NCBI GenBank assembly: GCA_965223345.1
Contig: CBDCWG010000012.1
Location: 2,240,001-2,304,000 of the forward strand
Source: Nitrospinales bacterium
GTDB lineage: Bacteria > Nitrospinota > Nitrospinia > Nitrospinales > VA-1
DNA: 64,000 bases
Direction of reading: 5' to 3'
Shown here: one piece after another, positions 43,474 through 53,469 of the stretch
Layout of the letters: every line of letters starts with the position of its first letter
How positions within the stretch are numbered: the first letter of the stretch is position 1
Made by a program: the position numbers and the translations under genes
Notes under the pieces: generated by a model
What the model was told of the DNA's origin: nothing
What the model saw: only the letters and a program-made list of their open reading frames with translations
Database searches by the model: none

Positions 43474-44631
43474 ATGAATATGGACCTGCCGTTTCACCGT
43501 TCCTGGTTCGAGGAGGATGAGATCAACGAGGTGGTGGACACCCTGCGTTCGGGCTGGCTGACCACCGGTCCCAAGACCCAGCGCTTTGAGGAGGTGTTCA
43601 AGGACTACATCGGCTGCAAGCACGCGGTGGCGCTGAACTCCTGCACGGCGGGGCTGCATCTGGCGCTGGCGTCGATGGGCTTTACGGAGGGTTCGGAGGT
43701 GATCACGACGCCGATGACGTTTCCCGCGACGTCGAACATCATTCTGCACGAGCGGCTGAAACCGGTTTTCGTCGATATCGAACCGGGGACGCTCACCCTC
43801 GATGCGAGCGGGATCGAAGAAAAAATCACGCCGCGCACGGTGGCGATCCTGCCGGTGCATTTTGCGGGGCACCCCTGCGACATGGATGTGATCCAGGACA
43901 TCGCCGCCCGCCACAACCTGGCGCTGATCGAGGATGCTGCGCACGGACTGGAAACCGGGTACAAGGGCCGGAAGATCGGCAACCTGGGCAATCCCACTTC
44001 CTTCAGTTTTTACGCGAACAAGAACATCACCACCGGAGAGGGCGGGATGCTGGTCACCAACGACGACGCGCTGGCGGACAAGGTGCGCGAGATGCGGTTG
44101 CAGGGGCTCAGCAAGGACGCGTGGAAACGCTACGGCAAGGAAAAATTTTCACACTGGGAGCTGCAGGCGCCCGGATTCAAATACAACATGCCGGACATCA
44201 ACGCCGCCCTGGGAATCCACCAGCTCAAGCGGGTGAACGATTTCCTCGATCTGCGCAAGCGCTATGTGGCCCTGTACGACGAGGCGTTCCATGCCGTGCC
44301 GGAGGTGGAAACCCTGCTCACGCGCGATTACGCATCGCACGCGCACCACATCTACATCATCGCTCTGAGGCTGGAACGGTTGACCGTGTCGCGCAACGAG
44401 TTTCTCACCGAACTGCAGGGGCAGGGGATCGGCGCGGCGGTGCACTATGTGGCGCTGCACCTGCAACCGTTTTACCGCCGCAATTTCCACACCCGTCCGC
44501 AGGATCTCCCCATCGCGTCGGATTATTCGGAACGGGTGGTGACGCTGCCTTTGTATCCCAAAATGTCGGCCGCGGATGTGAACCGGGTGATCGAGGTGGT
44601 GACCGGGCTCATCGCCAAGTTCCGCCGCTGA
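43474..44631 (+). CDS. DegT/DnrJ/EryC1/StrS PLP sugar aminotransferase
   Basis: SGWLTTGP, NSCTAGLHLAL, IEDAAH, SFYANKNITTGEGG, GFKYNM. Confidence 0.94.
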   Translation: MNMDLPFHRSWFEEDEINEVVDTLRSGWLTTGPKTQRFEEVFKDYIGCKHAVALNSCTAGLHLALASMGFTEGSEVITTPMTFPATSNIILHERLKPVFVDIEPGTLTLDASGIEEKITPRTVAILPVHFAGHPCDMDVIQDIAARHNLALIEDAAHGLETGYKGRKIGNLGNPTSFSFYANKNITTGEGGMLVTNDDALADKVREMRLQGLSKDAWKRYGKEKFSHWELQAPGFKYNMPDINAALGIHQLKRVNDFLDLRKRYVALYDEAFHAVPEVETLLTRDYASHAHHIYIIALRLERLTVSRNEFLTELQGQGIGAAVHYVALHLQPFYRRNFHTRPQDLPIASDYSERVVTLPLYPKMSAADVNRVIEVVTGLIAKFRR

Positions 44632-44645
44632 GCCTGAGCGAAAGC

Positions 44646-44694
44646 AAAAAGAAAGGGGGAGCCGGATCCGATCGATCCCGCTCCCCCTGTTTTA
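44646..44694. terminator. Bidirectional intrinsic terminator
   Basis: A-rich tract, GGGGGAGC...GCTCCCCC, T-rich tract, between convergent genes. Confidence 0.8.
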
Positions 44695-44718
44695 TTTCTT
44701 GGCTTTTTGATGCCGCTG

Positions 44719-47076
44719 TCAGGCTGAGACCACTTTCCTCTTTTTCATATCCATATTGGAGTAGTAGTCCTGGAAGTACTTGCGATGGTACTCGTAGTAA
44801 TCGTCGCGGTGGAACTTCACCTTGTTGAGCACCACACCGAAGATCCTGGATTTCGGGGCGGATTTCAGCAGCATGTTGCTGTTGGAATGCGATCCGTTCG
44901 AATGCCGTGCCGGGACCGGCCGGTTGGACCCATAGCGGAAGCTGTTGTCGGATGAAGCCGCCGACAGCTGCTTGAGCGTTCGCTTGATCAGATCCTTGTC
45001 CTTCATGCCGGAGCCGATGACGAACATCACGCCGTCGCAGAGCTGCGCCGCAACGGACACGTACGAGAAGGCCAGCGCCGGGGGCGTGTCGATCAGCACC
45101 ACGTCGAAGGTCTTCTTGACGGCGCCCAGAAACTTCTGGAACAGCCCGTAGTTGATGGTGTCGGTGAACTTGCGGGTCAGTGCGCCGCGGGGCAGGATGT
45201 AGACGCCGTCGATACCGGTTTTCAGATAGATCTCGTCCAGCTTGCCGTTTTCGGAACCCTTGTGGTTGACCAGCCGGTCGAACAGTTTCGGGTTTTCCAG
45301 CACATCGATGAAGCCGGGGTGCTTGAACGTGTTCAGGTTGGTGAACACGGAGCTGACCTTGGGCCGCACGAAGTCGGCGTCGATGATCAGGACGCGTTTG
45401 TTTTCCTGGGCGAACGTGGCCGCAAGGTTGGTGACGATGGTGGTCTTGCCTTCCTTGGGCGTCGAGCTGGAAACCATCAGCACCTTGTTCTGGTCGATGA
45501 ATCCGTTGAGCATCAGGTTGGTTTTGACCGTCCGGAACTCTTCGGCGACGAAGGAGTTGATGTTGTTCACCGCCGGCAGGGGCAGGTCTTTCTTGCCGAT
45601 GACGCCCACCGCTCCGAGGAACGGGAAGGGGATCTGCCGGACCACGTCTTCGACGCTGATCATGGATTTTTTCATTCTTTCAGAAACGATGGTCCAGAAG
45701 CTGCCTCCCAACAGACCCAGCATGAGGCAGAGGGAAATGATGAAGGTCTTCTTCGGCTTGATGGGCTTGTAGGGAATCTCCGCCCGGTCCACCACCTGGA
45801 TCGCACTTTCGTTGCTGTAAGAGGCGATGTCGATTTCCTTGAACCGTTTCAACAGATCGTTGTGCAGGATCTTGTTGGTCTCGAATTCGTCGTTGAGCGC
45901 GTTGAAGGTGAACTCTTCGTTGTCCATCTTCATGATCTTGTTTTTCTCGGTCTGCATCGCATTGCGTAGCGACTCTTCGTGGACCACGGTTCCGCGGTAA
46001 TCGATGTCGATGGAAGCGATCAGGCGATCGATCTCAGAGGGGATCTTCTCTTCGATCTGGCTTTTCTTCTGATCCAGCAGCTGCAACCGCGGATGCCGTA
46101 CGCTGTACTGGGTGGTCAAATCTTCGTACTCGCTGACGATCTGAGCGTACTGGGTGATGAGATTGGTGATCTCGATCGTTTTCACGTCATCCGGGAGCGA
46201 CTGCAAAAGTCCGAGGGGATCCTGTTTCAGCTTCTCCAAAAGCTCCTTCAAGGTCTGCAGGCGCAGCTGTTCGGTCTGCACGGTGCGGATCTCATCCTGG
46301 TATTTGCTGAGGTTCTGCGCGGAGATCTCGCGGTTCTGCCGGAAATCGATGATGTTGTTTCGTTTGCGGAATTTGGCCAGTTTCAGCTCGGCCTTTTTCA
46401 TCTTGTCCTTCAACTCCGTCAGCTTCTCCACCATCCATTTTTCCGAACCGCCCAGAATCTGGGTCCGGCGTTCGATGTTTCTCTGGATCACGGTGTCGAG
46501 GAACTTGTTGGTGATCTCCGTGATCATGACAGGGTTGTAACCCTGAAAGCGCACGTTGACGACGTGGCTCTGGGTGATGGGAGAAATGATCAGCCGGCGC
46601 AGGAAACTGTCCACCATCTCCGTTGCGGGATCTTTGGGGATATTGGTGAGCGGGCTTTCCTCCTTCTCGGGCAGCAGGTTTTCAATGAGGCCGCGCACCG
46701 TCTGTTTGATGCCGCTCAAATCGACCAGCGGCGGCTTCGGCTTGAATTCCTCGCTGTCGAGCAGGTTCAAATCGTCGATGACCCGTTTGGCGAGCGACCG
46801 GCTTTTCAGCATGGCATACTGGGTCTTGTAATAGTCGGTCTTGGTCGGATCCAGTTCCTCAAAACCTTTGGTTTTGTCGGTGAACGCGTCGGGGGTTTTG
46901 GTTCCGATCAACACGATGGCTTCGGTTTCGTATACCGGGGTCTGGCTGAAGGAATAGATGGTGCCAACGATTCCGAAAATCAGCACAAAGCAGAGGATGG
47001 TCAGCTTGCGCCGATTGATGATCTGGAACAATTCCTGGATGTTGATTTCCTGCTGGTTTTGAGGAACCTGGTTCAT
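44719..47076 (-). CDS. wzc: Wzc/GumC polysaccharide co-polymerase tyrosine autokinase
   Basis: Wzz N-terminus, coiled coil, PIKPKK, Walker A PKEGKTT, IIDAD, IDTPP, Tyr-rich tail. Confidence 0.9.
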   Translation of the reverse strand: MNQVPQNQQEINIQELFQIINRRKLTILCFVLIFGIVGTIYSFSQTPVYETEAIVLIGTKTPDAFTDKTKGFEELDPTKTDYYKTQYAMLKSRSLAKRVIDDLNLLDSEEFKPKPPLVDLSGIKQTVRGLIENLLPEKEESPLTNIPKDPATEMVDSFLRRLIISPITQSHVVNVRFQGYNPVMITEITNKFLDTVIQRNIERRTQILGGSEKWMVEKLTELKDKMKKAELKLAKFRKRNNIIDFRQNREISAQNLSKYQDEIRTVQTEQLRLQTLKELLEKLKQDPLGLLQSLPDDVKTIEITNLITQYAQIVSEYEDLTTQYSVRHPRLQLLDQKKSQIEEKIPSEIDRLIASIDIDYRGTVVHEESLRNAMQTEKNKIMKMDNEEFTFNALNDEFETNKILHNDLLKRFKEIDIASYSNESAIQVVDRAEIPYKPIKPKKTFIISLCLMLGLLGGSFWTIVSERMKKSMISVEDVVRQIPFPFLGAVGVIGKKDLPLPAVNNINSFVAEEFRTVKTNLMLNGFIDQNKVLMVSSSTPKEGKTTIVTNLAATFAQENKRVLIIDADFVRPKVSSVFTNLNTFKHPGFIDVLENPKLFDRLVNHKGSENGKLDEIYLKTGIDGVYILPRGALTRKFTDTINYGLFQKFLGAVKKTFDVVLIDTPPALAFSYVSVAAQLCDGVMFVIGSGMKDKDLIKRTLKQLSAASSDNSFRYGSNRPVPARHSNGSHSNSNMLLKSAPKSRIFGVVLNKVKFHRDDYYEYHRKYFQDYYSNMDMKKRKVVSA

Positions 47077-47816
47077 TTAAAACCTCATGCCATATGGTTG
47101 ATGGGAAATAAGTCTAACTTTCCAGCCAGAGGGCGAGATACTTTCACCTCATCCTTGGTTCTGCGCCAGCCCGCAAATTTGTTAGACTTAAAAGAGAAGG
47201 TTTTCATTGGAAAGAAGACACGGCTGCATAGATTTTCACTATCAGTAACTATCTTGATATGGGTGAATGCCGCCGTCTTTCCCTCAGAAATAATTACATT
47301 AACATATTCCCTTTTTCGTCCCAAAACTTTTTGGGGCTCGGAGCAGCGAATTTTTTCTCAAAAATTTCCAGCCGATTTTGCTCCCCTCAGTAAGCACTTC
47401 TTAATGATTGAAACCATTTTGCCAACCTCTCCGAACCGGGGTTCGGATTTACCGAGGGGGAATTCTCCACTAGGATAAGAAATCAATATTACGGATTGGT
47501 GCAGGGAAGGTCACAAATTCGCCACGTTTGCACCGGATTTTTTTCGTTTCCCCGCACCGGTAACTTCATTCGAAACTAATTGAAAAAACGTAAGTTACTT
47601 ATTGAAGATCAGGCTGTCATAAGTGTATGACTTGACTCTTCCGCTTTTCCGTATTGTTTTTGACCCGAGACTAAAAATTCAATGCGGCTGTTTGGGTTTT
47701 ATTTATATAAGGTTATTTGTGTGTTTGGGTGCAAGCGGCTTTCCGGCCGGCAGCTTGTACGAGGCGTTGTTCAGAAACTTCAGTATCTATGAATGTCATT
47801 GAGTGTAAATGAATGG

Positions 47817-49094
47817 TCATGCCTTGCCGTTTTCGACCCGGCTCACCAATCCCACCGAAAGGGCTTTCTCGGCGATGGCGTGCAGGGTTTCCAGGTCCAC
47901 GCCGCTTTTGGTGTGGATGTCCAGCAGCGAATGGGTGCCGTCGCTCATGAGAAAGAAGTAATTGGTCCCCAAAAAACGATTGCGGTCCACGGCCGGGCTC
48001 ACGTACATGTTGTGCTTGTCCAGCTTGGGTTCGCCTTTGATGAGAACCTTGTACCGTTCGTTCATTTCCAGGTTCTGCACCGCCCGCCAATAGACCCGGA
48101 CCGACTCCTGCATGGCCTCTTCGGTCACGAAATCGAGATTGTCCAAAGACGTGTGGTACTCGGGATATTCCATGTACGGGGAGCGCATGAGCGATCCCAT
48201 CGGCATCCGAAAGCCGGGCGAGTTGTAATGCCCCTCGTCGCCGCCCCAGGGCCAGAAGTCCCGCACCACGTGATCGGCCTTCTCCCATTCAAGGGCGGCG
48301 ATCATGGCTTTGTCCACTTCGTGGTCTCCCTGGTAGGTCTTTTTGTAGTTCATTTTTCCTTTATCGCCCAGACAGGCGTACACATAGCCTCCGGCCACTT
48401 TCGCGACCCAGTCCGGATTGTTGTACAGGTAGGTGATGGAGCCGATGGTGCCCGGCAGGATCAGAAGCCGGTAGGAGTATTTCCGCCTGGGCAGCTCGAG
48501 CAGTTTTTTCGCGACGGCGACCGAAACCAGGGTGCTGGACAGACCGTCGTTGGCCTGGGCGGGATGGCAGTTGTAGCTGGAGAAGACGATCTCCTTTTCA
48601 CTTTCTCCGGGCAGATACCATTCGCCGATACGCAGCACGCCTTTTTTGAGTTCGGATTCGATGCAGACTTCGTACTCCGCGTCTGGGTTCTTCGCCATCT
48701 CCTGGAGCTGATTGTGGCTGATGCAGAAACCCCAGTTGCGCCGGTAAAATGAGGTGCGAAAGGGCACGGCGTCCGGGAGGTCTTTGACGGTATGAAGATG
48801 GTCCTTGAGTTTGGCAAACGGCATCGTTTCGTGGATGGGGGTGCTGTAGCTCATCACATGCAGGCTGTTTTTCTTGAAATCGACCACGCGGTTGCCGCTG
48901 GAATCCTTGATCCACGCATCGGTGATGTTCCATTCATCCGGGACGGTCCATTCGAAACACTCCTGGCCGCTGGGATATTCGCGGATGGTGAGGTCGAGTT
49001 CGCGGGACAGGATTTCCAGGCTTTGCTTGAAGCCGTCTCCTGTGATGCTTCGGTATATGGGAAACAATTCCCGCATGAGGGGCATGAGTTTCAT
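47817..49094 (-). CDS. DUF4910 (DUF2172) M28-peptidase-like protein, copy 1
   Basis: LFPIYRSITGDG, WTVPDEWNI, RTSFY..WGFC, CHPAQAND, EYHTSLD, C-terminal SDG..SLLDI winged helix. Confidence 0.88.
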   Translation of the reverse strand: MKLMPLMRELFPIYRSITGDGFKQSLEILSRELDLTIREYPSGQECFEWTVPDEWNITDAWIKDSSGNRVVDFKKNSLHVMSYSTPIHETMPFAKLKDHLHTVKDLPDAVPFRTSFYRRNWGFCISHNQLQEMAKNPDAEYEVCIESELKKGVLRIGEWYLPGESEKEIVFSSYNCHPAQANDGLSSTLVSVAVAKKLLELPRRKYSYRLLILPGTIGSITYLYNNPDWVAKVAGGYVYACLGDKGKMNYKKTYQGDHEVDKAMIAALEWEKADHVVRDFWPWGGDEGHYNSPGFRMPMGSLMRSPYMEYPEYHTSLDNLDFVTEEAMQESVRVYWRAVQNLEMNERYKVLIKGEPKLDKHNMYVSPAVDRNRFLGTNYFFLMSDGTHSLLDIHTKSGVDLETLHAIAEKALSVGLVSRVENGKA

Positions 49095-49167
49095 CGATGT
49101 GCGCCTTTCGTGAGCCAGTCACACGGGCCTTGACGCGAAAGCGCGCCGCCCCGGTGTGTTTTTCGTA

Positions 49168-49701
49168 TCAGGATTGGACGGTGCTGCTGTGATTTCGATC
49201 TTTTTCGGAAAGGATCTTGGTCTGCAGCGGCCATTCGATGCCGAACTCCGGGCTGTTCCAGGCCACGCCCCGGTTCGACTCCGGATGAAAGAATTCCGAC
49301 ATCTGGTAAAACACTTCCGTGTTGTCCTCAAGCGTCTGAAAGCCGTGCGCGAATCCTTTGGGAATGTACAGGGCCTTGCGGTTTTCGGCGGTCAGTTCCA
49401 CACCCAGCCATTGCCGGTACGTGGGCGAGGCTTCCCGAAGATCGACGATGACATCGAAGATCGCGCCCCGGGTCACGCGCACGAGTTTTTCCTCTTCATG
49501 CGGAGGAGCCTGGTAATGCAGACCACGCAGGGTGCCCTTCGCCTTATTCAGCGAAATGTTGCACTGTGCGATCTCGGGGTTGAGTCCCCGCTCTTCGAAT
49601 TCCCTGCGGCAGAACGCGCGGGCAAAAAAACCCCGGTTGTCTGTGATGGGTTCCGGCTCGATGATGAACGCCCCTTTGAGGCGTGTTTCTGTGAATTTCA
49701 T
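49168..49701 (-). CDS. rfbC: NDP-4-dehydro-6-deoxyhexose 3,5-epimerase (RmlC family)
   Basis: DNRGFFAR, GTLRGLHYQ, KLVRV, VDLR, IPKGFAHGFQTL, SEKD. Confidence 0.93.
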   Translation of the reverse strand: MKFTETRLKGAFIIEPEPITDNRGFFARAFCRREFEERGLNPEIAQCNISLNKAKGTLRGLHYQAPPHEEEKLVRVTRGAIFDVIVDLREASPTYRQWLGVELTAENRKALYIPKGFAHGFQTLEDNTEVFYQMSEFFHPESNRGVAWNSPEFGIEWPLQTKILSEKDRNHSSTVQS

Positions 49702-49754
49702 GAATCAGTTCGCCACGGTTTTGCAGAAGAGAGGAGGGCGGTCCTTCCTGTCGC

Positions 49755-51125
49755 TCAAAGCCGTTCCACGAGACCCGCGGAATGGGCTTTTTTTGCAATA
49801 GTTGCCAATGTTTTCATGGGAACGCCGCATTCGGCGTGGATGTCCAACAACGAATGCGCGCCGTCGCTCATGTGAAAGAAATACTGGGTTCCCCAGAAAA
49901 GATCCGGATCTCCCGATGGACCGACGTACATATTGTGCTTGTCCAGCTTGGGCTCTCCGGAGAAGGTGACGCGGTAGGTTGCGTTCATCTCCAGATTGCA
50001 CAGGGCCTGAACGTAAACTCTGAGCGATCCCTGCAACGCCTCCTCGGAGACGAATTCCAGGTCGTCTTTCGAGGTGTGGTATTGCGGAAATTCCATGAAC
50101 GGGGTGCGCATGAGAGACCCGACGGGAATGCGGAATCCGGGGGCGCTGTACTGGGTTTCGTCCCCACCCCAGGGCCAGAACTTTCTCACCTCATGATCCA
50201 CGTCTTCCGAATTCAGGGCGCTGATCATGGCCTTGTCGATTTCATGGTTTCCGAGAAACGTTTTCTTGTAATTGAATTTTCCACTATCGCCCAGACAGGC
50301 GAGGACGTAGCCGCCCTCCAGCCGTTTCAGCCAGTCCCGGTGATTGAAGATGTAGGTGATGCAGCCGATGGTCGCGGGCAAGAGCAGGATGCGATAGGAA
50401 TAGCGGCGGTTTTTCCACTTGCTGATCTCTCTCGCCAGGGCGGTGGCCACAATGGCGCCGGAAAGGCCGTCGTTTGCCTGCGCCGGATGATCGTTGTGCG
50501 CGGAGATGAGGATTTCGCGGTCCGTTTCTCCGGGCAAAAAACACTCGCCGATCCGCATCACGCCCGGTTTCAGTTCCGAATCGATGCACACTTCGTACCG
50601 GGCATCCGGTTTTTTCTCCATCTTCGCGAGCTGCGCGTGCGTCAGGCAGAATCCCCAGGTTCTCTTGTAATACGAGGTGCGATAGGGAACCGCGTCGGGA
50701 TCCTCGGGCAGGGAATGCAGGTGCGGCCTGAGTTCTGAAAACCGCATGACGGCGTGCACCGGCACGCTGTAACCGACGACATGCAGGCCGGATTGCCTGA
50801 AATCGACGATCCGGTTTCCCGCCGTGTCCTTGATGTAAGCGTCGCGGATGTTCCACTCGTCGGGCACGGTCCATTCGAAACAGTGCAGGCCGGAGGGATA
50901 TTCCAGAATATTCAGGTCGATCTCGCGGGCGAGGATTTTGAGACTTTTGCGGAAACCCTCACCGGTGATGCTTCTGCAGATGGGAAACAACTCGCGCAGC
51001 AGCGGCATCATCTGCAGCGGACCCGTGTCTTCTTTGCGCTCTTTGACCGGGCGAAAAGACGCCGGTGCGCTCCGGTGAGGCCGGTGTATCCGGCTCCACC
51101 GAAAACCGCCCGACTGCGTTTTCAT
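49755..51125 (-). CDS. DUF4910 M28-peptidase-like protein, copy 2
   Basis: Full-length paralogue of 47817-49094; start uncertain (ATG 51125 or 51011). Confidence 0.86.
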   Translation of the reverse strand: MKTQSGGFRWSRIHRPHRSAPASFRPVKERKEDTGPLQMMPLLRELFPICRSITGEGFRKSLKILAREIDLNILEYPSGLHCFEWTVPDEWNIRDAYIKDTAGNRIVDFRQSGLHVVGYSVPVHAVMRFSELRPHLHSLPEDPDAVPYRTSYYKRTWGFCLTHAQLAKMEKKPDARYEVCIDSELKPGVMRIGECFLPGETDREILISAHNDHPAQANDGLSGAIVATALAREISKWKNRRYSYRILLLPATIGCITYIFNHRDWLKRLEGGYVLACLGDSGKFNYKKTFLGNHEIDKAMISALNSEDVDHEVRKFWPWGGDETQYSAPGFRIPVGSLMRTPFMEFPQYHTSKDDLEFVSEEALQGSLRVYVQALCNLEMNATYRVTFSGEPKLDKHNMYVGPSGDPDLFWGTQYFFHMSDGAHSLLDIHAECGVPMKTLATIAKKAHSAGLVERL

Positions 51126-51148
51126 AATCTGGAACATGCCCATGGCTG

Positions 51149-52390
51149 TCACCTGAATACTTCCACCTTCGGAATGGGAATGAAAAAGCGCCCGCCCCAT
51201 TCCCGGATGTAGTCCATCTGTTTCATGATTTCATCCTTGAGATTCCAGGGAAGGATGAACACGTAATCGGGCCGCGTCTCCCGGATCTTATCCGGGTGGT
51301 AGATGGGGATGTGTGTCCCTGGCAGATAGCGGCCCTGTTTTTCCGGACTGCGGTCCACGGTGTAGTCGATGTAATCGGTGCCGACGCCGCAGTAGTTGAG
51401 CAGCGTGTTGCCCTTTGCGGGCGCGCCGTAGCCGACAATGGTCTTTCCTTCCCGCTTCACTTCGTTGAGGAAGGTCAACAGGCCCCGTTTGGTTTCTAGC
51501 ACCTTTTCGGAGAAAGAGGCGTAGGTCTCGGGGTTGGTCAGGCCGTACTGGATTTCGCGGTCCCGCAATTCGGATACGTTTGCCGTTACGGGGTGCATTT
51601 CGTCCTCGGTGTGGCGGGCGTAGATGCGCAGCGATCCGCCGTGCGTGGGCAGCTCTTCCACGTCGAACAGCGTGAGGCCGTGGCGTGCGAAGACCTTTTC
51701 CACCGTGATGAACGAAAGATAGGAAAAGTGCTCGTGGTAAATGGTGTCGAACTGGTTTTCCTCCATCAGACGCAGAAGGTGAGGAAACTCCATGGTGATG
51801 ACCCCATCGCGCTTGAGGACCGCTTTCATCCCACCGACGAAATCGTGCAGATCGGGAACGTGGGCGAGCACGTTGTTACCCAGCAGCAGGTCTGCCTTCG
51901 TGCCTTCGGAAACCAGCTCGGAGGCGGTCTGCTTGCCGAAAAATTTCACCAATGACGGGATGCCCTTCTCACGCGCCACTTTGGCGATGTTGGCCGCGGG
52001 TTCGATGCCCAGCACCGGCACGCCTTTTTCCTTGAAATACTGCAACAGGTAGCCGTCGTTGCTGGCGATCTCGATCACCTGGCTTTGCGCGCCGAAGCCG
52101 AAGCGTTCGACCATCTTGTCGGTGTACGCCTTGGCGTGCCGCAGCCAGGAGTCGCTGAACGAGGAGAAGTAAGCGTAATCGCTGAAAATGTGCTGCGGGC
52201 TTTCGAACTCTTTCAACTGGACCAGAAAGCAGAACTGGCAGACATAGGCGTGCAGCGGGTAAAACGGTTCCATGCTGCATTCCTTTTCCGCCGGGATGTA
52301 GGAATTCGCCAAAGGCGACATCCCCAGATCGGCAAAGGTGATCTGTAAAGAGCTACCGCAGAATCGACAGGTGTTTTCTTTATCCTTCAT
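51149..52390 (-). CDS. NDP-hexose C-methyltransferase (Zn-binding, SAM-dependent)
   Basis: CRFC..DLGMSPLAN..CQFCFLVQL, EIASNDG, FDTIYHEH, HGGSLR, YGAPAKGNT, ILPWN. Confidence 0.92.
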   Translation of the reverse strand: MKDKENTCRFCGSSLQITFADLGMSPLANSYIPAEKECSMEPFYPLHAYVCQFCFLVQLKEFESPQHIFSDYAYFSSFSDSWLRHAKAYTDKMVERFGFGAQSQVIEIASNDGYLLQYFKEKGVPVLGIEPAANIAKVAREKGIPSLVKFFGKQTASELVSEGTKADLLLGNNVLAHVPDLHDFVGGMKAVLKRDGVITMEFPHLLRLMEENQFDTIYHEHFSYLSFITVEKVFARHGLTLFDVEELPTHGGSLRIYARHTEDEMHPVTANVSELRDREIQYGLTNPETYASFSEKVLETKRGLLTFLNEVKREGKTIVGYGAPAKGNTLLNYCGVGTDYIDYTVDRSPEKQGRYLPGTHIPIYHPDKIRETRPDYVFILPWNLKDEIMKQMDYIREWGGRFFIPIPKVEVFR

Positions 52391-53460
52391 GAGTTTACGG
52401 TCACTCCTTTCGGTTTGGTGGTCCAGGAAAGATCCGGGCCGATGAGCCCGTGCGATTCGAGATGGCCCAGCACCTTGAGGCGCATCATCAACGAATCGCG
52501 GAAATTGGTATCGCTGAAGTGCATCGCTTGCAGCCCTTCCTTCAACTCGGCGACGGTGCTCAGAAGATCGTGCTCGGGCTGATGGTTGGGAGCGAGTCTG
52601 CGAAACAGGCTGAAATCGACTTTATAGGATCGCTTGTCCGGCTGCGCGTCGGTGTTGATGGAGATCTCGGTTCCGGGGATGACCTTCGCGACCGCCTGCG
52701 CCAGTTCCTTGACCTGGTAGTTCCAGGTGTCGGTGCCGATGTTGACGGCGATGAAGTTCCCGCCCTCGGCGGCGTCGCGTCCGATGGCCCACTCGAACGC
52801 GCGGGCCATGTCCTTCACGTTGATCAGCGGTCTCCAGGGCGTGCCGTCGCTCAGGATGGTGATCTTGCCGGCGGCCACCGCGGAGGCGACGAAATCGTTG
52901 AGCACCAGATCCAGCCGCAGCCGGTCGCTCATGCCGCAGGCGGTGGAAAAGCGCAGCGCCGTGACTTTGTAGTTGTCGTCGGCGAGGTTTTTCAGCTCCT
53001 GCTCGGTGAACACCTTCGACTTCGCGTACGCGGTGAGCGGGTTCAGCGTCGAATTCTCCGAGCGGGCGCCGTCGTCCGCGCAGCCGTAGACGCTGCAACT
53101 GGAGGCGAAGCTGAAGGATTTCACGCCGGCCGCCTTCGCCAGTTTGGCGATGTGGACGCTGGCGCGGTAGTTGATGTCGAGGGTGACTTCCTCGTACTTG
53201 TTGCCCATCGGGTCGTTGGATATTGCCGCCAGATGCACGATGGCGTCAACTCCGGGCAGGATGTCCTGGGGAAAGTCGCGCACGTCGCCGAAATATTGCA
53301 CGTCCACGTTGCATTCTGGCAGCATGACCGTGTTCGTGAGGCACTGGGCGAAATAGCCGATGTCGAAACCGATCAGAGTGGCTTCGGGAAAAGTGTTGCG
53401 GAGCCTTTTGACCACGCCGGGTCCGACGTAGCCCATGTTGCCGGTGATTAGAATCTTCAT
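52387..53460 (-). CDS. NAD-dependent epimerase/dehydratase (extended SDR)
   Basis: TGNMGYVG, HLAAISND, SSCSVYG, YAKSK, RLRLDLVLN, DGTPWRP. Confidence 0.92.
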   Translation of the reverse strand: MKILITGNMGYVGPGVVKRLRNTFPEATLIGFDIGYFAQCLTNTVMLPECNVDVQYFGDVRDFPQDILPGVDAIVHLAAISNDPMGNKYEEVTLDINYRASVHIAKLAKAAGVKSFSFASSCSVYGCADDGARSENSTLNPLTAYAKSKVFTEQELKNLADDNYKVTALRFSTACGMSDRLRLDLVLNDFVASAVAAGKITILSDGTPWRPLINVKDMARAFEWAIGRDAAEGGNFIAVNIGTDTWNYQVKELAQAVAKVIPGTEISINTDAQPDKRSYKVDFSLFRRLAPNHQPEHDLLSTVAELKEGLQAMHFSDTNFRDSLMMRLKVLGHLESHGLIGPDLSWTTKPKGVTVNS

Positions 53461-53469
53461 GGAGTTTCC

